Positions 58,489 through 64,000 of a DNA stretch of 64,000 nucleotides are shown one piece after another. Both the position numbers and the translations under genes were made by a program. Origin of the DNA: Candidatus Bathyarchaeota archaeon (lineage in GTDB: Archaea; Thermoproteota; Bathyarchaeia; Bathyarchaeales; Bathycorpusculaceae). Position 1 is the stretch's first letter. Every line of letters starts with the position of its first letter. Location: positions 1,056,001 to 1,120,000 of the forward strand of contig OY970176.1 of the NCBI GenBank assembly GCA_963707955.1, given 5' to 3'. The notes beneath the pieces are model-generated. The model worked only from the letters and a program-made list of their open reading frames with translations, made no database searches and was not told the DNA's origin.

Positions 58489-59330
58489 TAGTCCCGCTTC
58501 CACCGTATGCAGCCGCACTTGTCAAAACGCATGGTGCGAGGACAATAGCGATAGCTGACCTTCACATAGGTTGGGAAATGGCTCTTTCAAACAAAGGCAT
58601 ACACGTTCCAACACAGACGCCGAAGCTGCTGAAGAAACTCGAAGAACTACTGTCCGCCTACAAACCGGATAGACTGCTTGTCCTAGGAGACGTCAAACAC
58701 ACGGTGGCGAGGGCTGAAAAAATCGAGTGGCAGGACGTGCCAGACTTCTTCAACGAGTTAAGAAAGCACGTAGAGGAAATATGTGTTGTCCGCGGCAACC
58801 ACGACGGAAACCTGGAACCCTTACTCCCTGAAAACGTCAAGATGCTACCTGCCACCGGTTCAGCGATGGATGATGTTGGCTTCTTCCACGGACACCAGTG
58901 GCCCTCACCAGACCTTCTTAAATGTAGAACTCTAGTCATGGGCCACGTTCATCCAGTTGTGGCTTTTCGGGATCCTGCAGGGTTCAGAGTGACGAGGCAG
59001 GTCTGGGTGAAAGCGCGCTGCAACACAGCCCAGCTTACCGAAGTCCTGCTACGCAAACGGAAGATCAAGATTAAAGAGAACCCTGAGAAAACGTTGCACG
59101 AATACTACAAGATCAAACCGAAAGCCTCGCAGCTTTTCATAATGCCGTCTTTCAACGACTTCCTAGGAGGCAGACCGCTTAACGAAAGAAAACGACTTGG
59201 AAAGAATGATGCTAAGATGGTTGTAGGACCCGTTCTCAGGTCGGAAGCGGTCGACATGAAAAACGCGGAAACGTATCTCCTCGACGGAACCTTCCTTGGG
59301 ACGCTTGAACAACTGAAAGCGTTGAGCTAG
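58485..59330 (+). CDS. Calcineurin-like metallophosphoesterase
   Basis: ADLHIG, LGDVKH, RGNHD, FHGH, GHVHP. Confidence 0.92.
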   Translation: MIVPLPPYAAALVKTHGARTIAIADLHIGWEMALSNKGIHVPTQTPKLLKKLEELLSAYKPDRLLVLGDVKHTVARAEKIEWQDVPDFFNELRKHVEEICVVRGNHDGNLEPLLPENVKMLPATGSAMDDVGFFHGHQWPSPDLLKCRTLVMGHVHPVVAFRDPAGFRVTRQVWVKARCNTAQLTEVLLRKRKIKIKENPEKTLHEYYKIKPKASQLFIMPSFNDFLGGRPLNERKRLGKNDAKMVVGPVLRSEAVDMKNAETYLLDGTFLGTLEQLKALS

Positions 59331-59389
59331 AGAAAAGCGTGCATAAGACTTATAGAGAAAGGCATTCTTCACACTAACTCGGTGATGGA

Positions 59390-59989
59390 ATGTCATCAGA
59401 AGACGATTTCCCAGAATGGCTCAGAAGGAAACGTTCTCCATTCTTCAGAAACTGGGGTTTTGACGACATTGACAAGATGTTCGAAGAGATGGAGAAAATG
59501 ATGGAACAAGAATTCAAGACATTCTCTTCAAGAATCCCAAAAGACTACGTCAGAGAACGCAAGCTTCCAGACGGCTCTACTGCGCGTGAACTGGGACCTT
59601 TCGTCTATGGCTACAGCGTAAAGATAGGTCCAGACGGAAAACCTGAGGTCCACGAGTTTGGAAACGTCAAGCCAATGAGGCATGGGCTCCCCCAAGTGCA
59701 GGAAGAACGCGAGCCGCTGGTGGACATAGTTGAGACAAACGGTGAAGTTCACGTTGTGGCAGAACTGCCAGGCGTTGATAAGAAGGACATCAAACTCAGC
59801 GGAACAGAAGACTCGTTGACCATAGCAGTCGACGCTCCGGAACACAAGTATTACAAGGAGGTCAAGTTGCCAGTGAAGATAAGGGTAAGAGAAGCAAAAA
59901 CAGGGTACAAGAACGGCGTGTTGGAGGTCACGTTTTCCAAACTCACGGACGAAAGACCTTCCAAAGGTGAACCAATACACGTAGACTGA
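59390..59989 (+). CDS. hsp20: Small heat shock protein Hsp20 (archaeal type)
   Basis: GPFVYGYS..IGPDGKP...EFGN, REPLVD, AELPGV, YKNGVLEV, terminal IxV. Confidence 0.95.
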   Translation: MSSEDDFPEWLRRKRSPFFRNWGFDDIDKMFEEMEKMMEQEFKTFSSRIPKDYVRERKLPDGSTARELGPFVYGYSVKIGPDGKPEVHEFGNVKPMRHGLPQVQEEREPLVDIVETNGEVHVVAELPGVDKKDIKLSGTEDSLTIAVDAPEHKYYKEVKLPVKIRVREAKTGYKNGVLEVTFSKLTDERPSKGEPIHVD

Positions 59990-60040
59990 TTCTTTCACAC
60001 TTTTCAGCTTACTCAGAACCACCTAGGTAGCTCACCTCGC

Positions 60041-60451
60041 ATGGATGAAAAATCAGAAACCGACACACTCAACAGCGTCTGCAAGAAAGCAAAAACAGAA
60101 GGCAAGCTGACCGGTAAGAACCTGACGAATCTCTACGAGATTTTTGGTCAAAGGTTCACGAGAGCCTTCGAAGCCTTGAAAGAAAACAGAGTAAAAAAGT
60201 ACGTTTTCAAACCCAGCGGCAAAACAGTCTGGATCGTGGTGGGAAGGGAGCGCGACTACCTCATAATGCCTGAAGCTGAGTTCTGCACATGCGACGACTT
60301 CTACTTCCGCGTGTTAGACAGAGAAGTGCACCTGTGTTATCATCTCATCGCACAGAAGCTTGCCAAAAATCTAGACTGGTACGAGGCCATAGACGAACAT
60401 GACGAGCTGTACGAATCACTGATGAACGAATGGAAAAAAGCTACTGCTTAA
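60041..60451 (+). CDS. SWIM zinc-finger protein
   Basis: FCTCDDF...LCYHLIA. Confidence 0.85.
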   Translation: MDEKSETDTLNSVCKKAKTEGKLTGKNLTNLYEIFGQRFTRAFEALKENRVKKYVFKPSGKTVWIVVGRERDYLIMPEAEFCTCDDFYFRVLDREVHLCYHLIAQKLAKNLDWYEAIDEHDELYESLMNEWKKATA

Positions 60452-60581
60452 ATACTTAAACTCAAATAGATTCGCGAAAGGAGAACGTCTCCATGGACAT
60501 AGGATCATACTTTCAACTAATCATTTATACGCTCATGATGGCGACGTTCATTGTCATCGTTCTAGTATTTTTAGAGATATT

Positions 60582-60890
60582 CTACGGCAAAGAAGAGAAG
60601 CAAGAATAAACGGCCTCTTTATTCATCCTCTTGCGGGTCAAGAGAAACACAATGATACTTAATGCTGCAAGCACTATTGCGAACAAGATCAGCCAAGCTG
60701 CTTGTGGACCCGCCCCGAAAACTATGGGGATCGGCCCGATAAATATGACTCCACCATAGCTTGCTGAGCCGCCTGAATCAAGCGTTGCAACTGCGAGAAT
60801 TACGATGCCTAGAAGAACGATGAAAAGGCCCAACATGAACAACAATAAGACTCTTGACACTCTTGTCGACTTGTTGCTCACGTGAAACAT
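60582..60890 (-). CDS. DUF131/TIGR00304-type membrane protein
   Basis: GGVIFIGPIPIVFG between two TM helices. Confidence 0.85.
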   Translation of the reverse strand: MFHVSNKSTRVSRVLLLFMLGLFIVLLGIVILAVATLDSGGSASYGGVIFIGPIPIVFGAGPQAAWLILFAIVLAALSIIVFLLTRKRMNKEAVYSCFSSLP

Positions 60891-60921
60891 GACTCTTTCT
60901 GTGACCAGCATGAGTCCCAAC

Positions 60922-61185
60922 TCATCCGGACATGAAGTGGATCACAACTGTCAATACTATGAGAAGCACCGTCAACGCTATGGCCAGCAGCAAAACCGTT
61001 CTAAGCGACTCTTTGTCGGTGCCGAAGACTATTGGTACCGGGCCTATTATTATTGCGCCGCCTCCCCTAGCCTTTCCTTTCCCCTTAACATTCGAGAAAA
61101 ACATGAGAAGAGTGGCAATCACCATTATTATCACTCCGACAAGTATCAAAGTTGACCCTAAACCGTAAAGTGTCCCCGTATCCAT
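60922..61185 (-). CDS. DUF131/TIGR00304-type membrane protein (tandem paralog)
   Basis: GGGAIIIGPVPIVFGTD. Confidence 0.88.
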   Translation of the reverse strand: MDTGTLYGLGSTLILVGVIIMVIATLLMFFSNVKGKGKARGGGAIIIGPVPIVFGTDKESLRTVLLLAIALTVLLIVLTVVIHFMSG

Positions 61186-61283
61186 TTGGTGTCGCAACCC
61201 CTTACACGTTGAAAATCGTCAATGGCTTTTAATAAGTCTTTTAGCATCAGTTGTCTGTCAGCCTGAGCTATGCTGGAACTGAA

Positions 61284-62447
61284 ATGAAGACAGAGGAGAT
61301 CATCGAACAGATCCGCGCGGCATGTCCATGGATTTCAACAGACCAAATTCTGAACAGACTTGACAAAGAAAAACGGAAAACTGGCGGCTTCATTTCAGAC
61401 GAAACCCTTCTGAGCATGATTGCCGCCGAGTTCGGCTGCGCGATCTCAAGGGGTGAGAACCCTGTACCTTCGCTGTCGCTGGCAGACCTTATTCCTGGTC
61501 TAAATAATGTGACCGCTGTTGGACGCGTTCTGGCAACGTTCTCTCCTAAAGCCTTTGAGGGAACAAGAAAAGGAAAGTTTGCAAGCCTGCTCATCGCTGA
61601 CAAGAGCTGCATCTTACGAGTTGTCTTGTGGAACGATAAGACGAGCCTGCTTGAATCTGGCGAAATAAGTGCAGGTCAGGTTGTGCGGTTTTCTCACGGC
61701 TACACACGAGAAGACCTCAGCAGAAAAGTAGAACTGCACGTTGGAGACAAATGCGAGGTTGAGGTCAATCCACAAGGGTTGGAAACGAAGGATTACCCCG
61801 GCATCGGAAAATTTGTGACAGCAATCGGGGAACTGAACGCAAGCCACAAGAACAAGAGAATAAACATCATCGGCACCGTCAAGAAAACGTTTCCTGCGTC
61901 AAGTTTTCAGAGGGGAGACTCAAGTCAGGGAAGAGTAATGCGTTTTGTGTTAAGCGGCCACACGGGTGAGGTCCCAGTCGTGGCTTGGAACGAAAAGGCT
62001 GTTGAACTAGAAAAAACGCTTCTGGTCGGCGCCAGACTAAAAATAGTGAATGCAAAGGTCAAAAAAGCCCTAGGAACAGAAGGGCTAGAAGTTCACGTTG
62101 ATGCTGCTGCTCACGCAGGTCCACTGACGCAGGATGAGGAGCTCTTGAGCATAGCCGATCTGAAAGATGGCCAGAACGGTTTTGCAGTTGAAGGGGAAGT
62201 CGCCACGAAGCCCACGCTTAGAGATGTAAAAACTGCTAAGGGAGAACTTCTGAAACTCGCAACGTTCGAACTCAAGGATGAAACCGGCAGAATATGTGTC
62301 TCTGCATGGCGAAAACAAGCAGAAATCGCCGGTCGGCTCAAGCTGGGTGACAAGATAATCGTCAAAGACGCCTACGCAAAAAAGGGGTTCGGCGACCAAC
62401 TCGAAATATCAACGAGAGCCCACACATCCATTACAATCCTTCAATGA
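61284..62447 (+). CDS. rpa: Replication protein A / ssDNA-binding protein (3 OB folds)
   Basis: N-terminal helical domain (GGFISDET), then three OB folds (LRVVLWN, VPVVAWN, ICVSAWR). Confidence 0.88.
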   Translation: MKTEEIIEQIRAACPWISTDQILNRLDKEKRKTGGFISDETLLSMIAAEFGCAISRGENPVPSLSLADLIPGLNNVTAVGRVLATFSPKAFEGTRKGKFASLLIADKSCILRVVLWNDKTSLLESGEISAGQVVRFSHGYTREDLSRKVELHVGDKCEVEVNPQGLETKDYPGIGKFVTAIGELNASHKNKRINIIGTVKKTFPASSFQRGDSSQGRVMRFVLSGHTGEVPVVAWNEKAVELEKTLLVGARLKIVNAKVKKALGTEGLEVHVDAAAHAGPLTQDEELLSIADLKDGQNGFAVEGEVATKPTLRDVKTAKGELLKLATFELKDETGRICVSAWRKQAEIAGRLKLGDKIIVKDAYAKKGFGDQLEISTRAHTSITILQ

Positions 62448-62479
62448 CACCGACTTCGGTGGCAACGGAGCACTCTTAG

Positions 62480-62499
62480 TGGTGTCGGGGGCGGGGTAT
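62480..62499 (-). repeat. Degenerate tRNA 3'-end copy (att-like)
   Basis: TGGTGTCGGGGGCGGGGTAT, similar to 63533-63552. Confidence 0.45.
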
Positions 62500-62684
62500 C
62501 AGCCCCAATTTACCAGTAAAGGCATGCCTATTTATCTTGGCGATAGTTCGAAATTCTCACGAGCTACCAACAAACCGCAGTCAGGGTATTGTTCAGACTT
62601 CAGGGTCAATAATGGCGTTGGAGATTAGGTTTGGGTTTATGGTCAAATGGAGACTTCTGTGCATCTTCTTCTGCTATGTCAAAT

Positions 62685-62954
62685 CTAAAACAATTTTGAA
62701 AAATCGTCATAGACCTTCTTCCTATGCCCAATAAACAGTACTACAACTTGTCCTTTGGTTCTGTCAATTTCGTAGATTGCACGGTAATCCCCTACTCTGA
62801 GGCTCCAGAAGTTGGAGTGCCTCAGAATTTTCCCAACTCTTTCAGGATTACGCTTCAAATCCCTTAATCTTTCTACTATTCTGGTTTTTGTCGAGTCCTC
62901 AATTTTTTCAAGTTCTTTGGCCGCTTTCGGATGCAAGAGTACAGAGAAAACCAC
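62685..62954 (-). CDS. relE: RelE/ParE family toxin
   Basis: A.KELEKI...L..NP...G..L...WSLRVGDYRAIYEI...IGHRKKVY. Confidence 0.92.
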   Translation of the reverse strand: MVFSVLLHPKAAKELEKIEDSTKTRIVERLRDLKRNPERVGKILRHSNFWSLRVGDYRAIYEIDRTKGQVVVLFIGHRKKVYDDFSKLF

Positions 62955-63172
62955 TACAATTCCTCAAGTGGAATGAGGGACTTAGGATGTTTCTTTGCTT
63001 CTTCGCTACGTCTCGTCAGCATTTTAAGGAATTCGCGCGTCTTTTCGCGTTCCTCATAGAAGTCTAGTATTGTCTTTATGGCGTCACTTCGGCTTTTGAA
63101 CCTACCCTCTGCTACCCACTTGTCTATTTCCTCAAGCATTTTTCCCGGTAATCTAAGCTGAACTTGAGTCAA
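62954..63172 (-). CDS. Ribbon-helix-helix (CopG-like) antitoxin
   Basis: VQLRLP..MLEEID.WV.EGRF.SRSDAIK. Overlaps the relE start. Confidence 0.88.
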   Translation of the reverse strand: MTQVQLRLPGKMLEEIDKWVAEGRFKSRSDAIKTILDFYEEREKTREFLKMLTRRSEEAKKHPKSLIPLEEL

Positions 63173-63532
63173 CAGCCCACCGTAAACAATACTGTTTACA
63201 AAACACTTAAGCCTTTCTCGTCAAAAGCTACCACGAATAGGACAATTAACGAGAGTGAAGACACGACATGAGCTTCACAAGAAACCTATTAGTTCTGGAC
63301 CAATAGTTGATTCCATATTCCTCGATTCTGCTCAGTTAGAACCTTCACATTTCAAGCGTAAACCGAGGTTCTTCGTCTTACAGCAGGCCCATTCTTGCTC
63401 CTGATACTAAGGAATACACCGACGCTATTTATAGTGAAGAACAGGACAAAGAACAAAACGTAGCTAGCCCAAGATGCACATACGAGGCTTCCTCACCAAA
63501 ACTAGCCTAGAAAAAAGCCCTAGATAGTGAAA

Positions 63533-63552
63533 TGGTGCCGGGGGGCGGGATT
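63533..63552 (-). repeat. tRNA 3'-end fragment (att-like)
   Basis: Minus strand AATCCCGCCCCCCGGCACCA reads as T-stem + acceptor 3' strand + CCA, with no upstream tRNA body. Confidence 0.6.
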
Positions 63553-63663
63553 CTGAGATGTGACCTCCGGATTTGTCCTTCTTGCCGTTATGTTGAGTAA
63601 CAGCATTTCATATCTTTTTGATGCTATTAGTTTATTAGGGAACTGGCATGACAGACGGAAACT

Positions 63664-63924
63664 GTGGGAGCATGTTCGCGGAGCTCAGCCAGATACGCAA
63701 GAATCTCAGATGTGTATGCAACGCTGAAGACTCCTGATGAAGTTTATGAGGATGTTGATCATGAAACGCTAGTGACTATCAAGAAAGTTAACGCTCGCTT
63801 CATTATCGTCGTCTACAGGTAGGAAGACGGAGTCGCTAGGGTTATTACGCTCTACTACACTACTAAACTTGACAGACTCATTAGAGCAAAGATGGTGAGG
63901 GGCGCATGGAAGACGACAAAGTAA
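63664..63924 (+). pseudogene. DUF4258/BrnT-like toxin pseudogene
   Basis: DVYATLKTPDEVYED...FIIVVYR*EDGVARVITLYY...GAWK. In-frame TAG at 63820, and the 5' end is degraded. Confidence 0.65.
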
Positions 63925-64000
63925 GAGCATGGTACGACAAGTCAGTGGACATTTTTTACCTGCTCTTCAAAGAAGGACCAAGCCACGAAGTCATCGAAGC
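63906..64000 (+). CDS. DUF2283-family antitoxin-like protein, 3'-truncated by the window edge
   Basis: MEDDKVRAWYDKSVDIFYLLFKEGPSHEVIE (YD...D..Y motif). It overlaps the end of the toxin-like gene. Confidence 0.75.
   Translation, partial: MEDDKVRAWYDKSVDIFYLLFKEGPSHEVIE

Noticed and set aside
63200-63530. Possible gene remnant between the TA modules
   Set aside because: No frame with recognisable motifs found by eye.

Overview
Archaeal chromosomal window, inferred to be a TACK-group archaeon, most likely Bathyarchaeia. The basis is archaeal r-proteins S8e/L18e, RpoD/RpoN, SRP19, the archaeal mevalonate genes, SMC-ScpAB and a bacterial-type MetK. 1-21 kb is a surface-glycosylation island: three GT4 glycosyltransferases and wecB surround a giant ~5,476-aa secreted protein with an N-terminal beta-propeller, about 55-60 shuffled beta-sandwich repeats and a C-terminal lectin-like propeller. 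21-33 kb is a patchwork of single accessory genes around tRNA-Ala(UGC). Most spacers from 18.9 to 29.4 kb carry a (T)AGCGCGCGCT(A) palindrome, and two carry tRNA-3'-end remnants. 33-52 kb is conserved core: smc-scpA-scpB, rps8e, srp19 and the rps13-rps4-rps11-rpoD-rpl18e-rpl13-rps9-rpoN-eno-rps2-memo-mvk-ipk-fni-idsA-gltX superoperon. 52-64 kb holds a candidate four-hairpin ncRNA, an archaeal ATPase gene bracketed exactly by inverted ACTTA-N7-TAAGT boxes, a pilin/roadblock cluster, housekeeping genes and a toxin-antitoxin cluster with tRNA-like att remnants. No CRISPR array, rRNA, transposase or integrase was seen. All family calls come from motif recognition by eye, not database searches.
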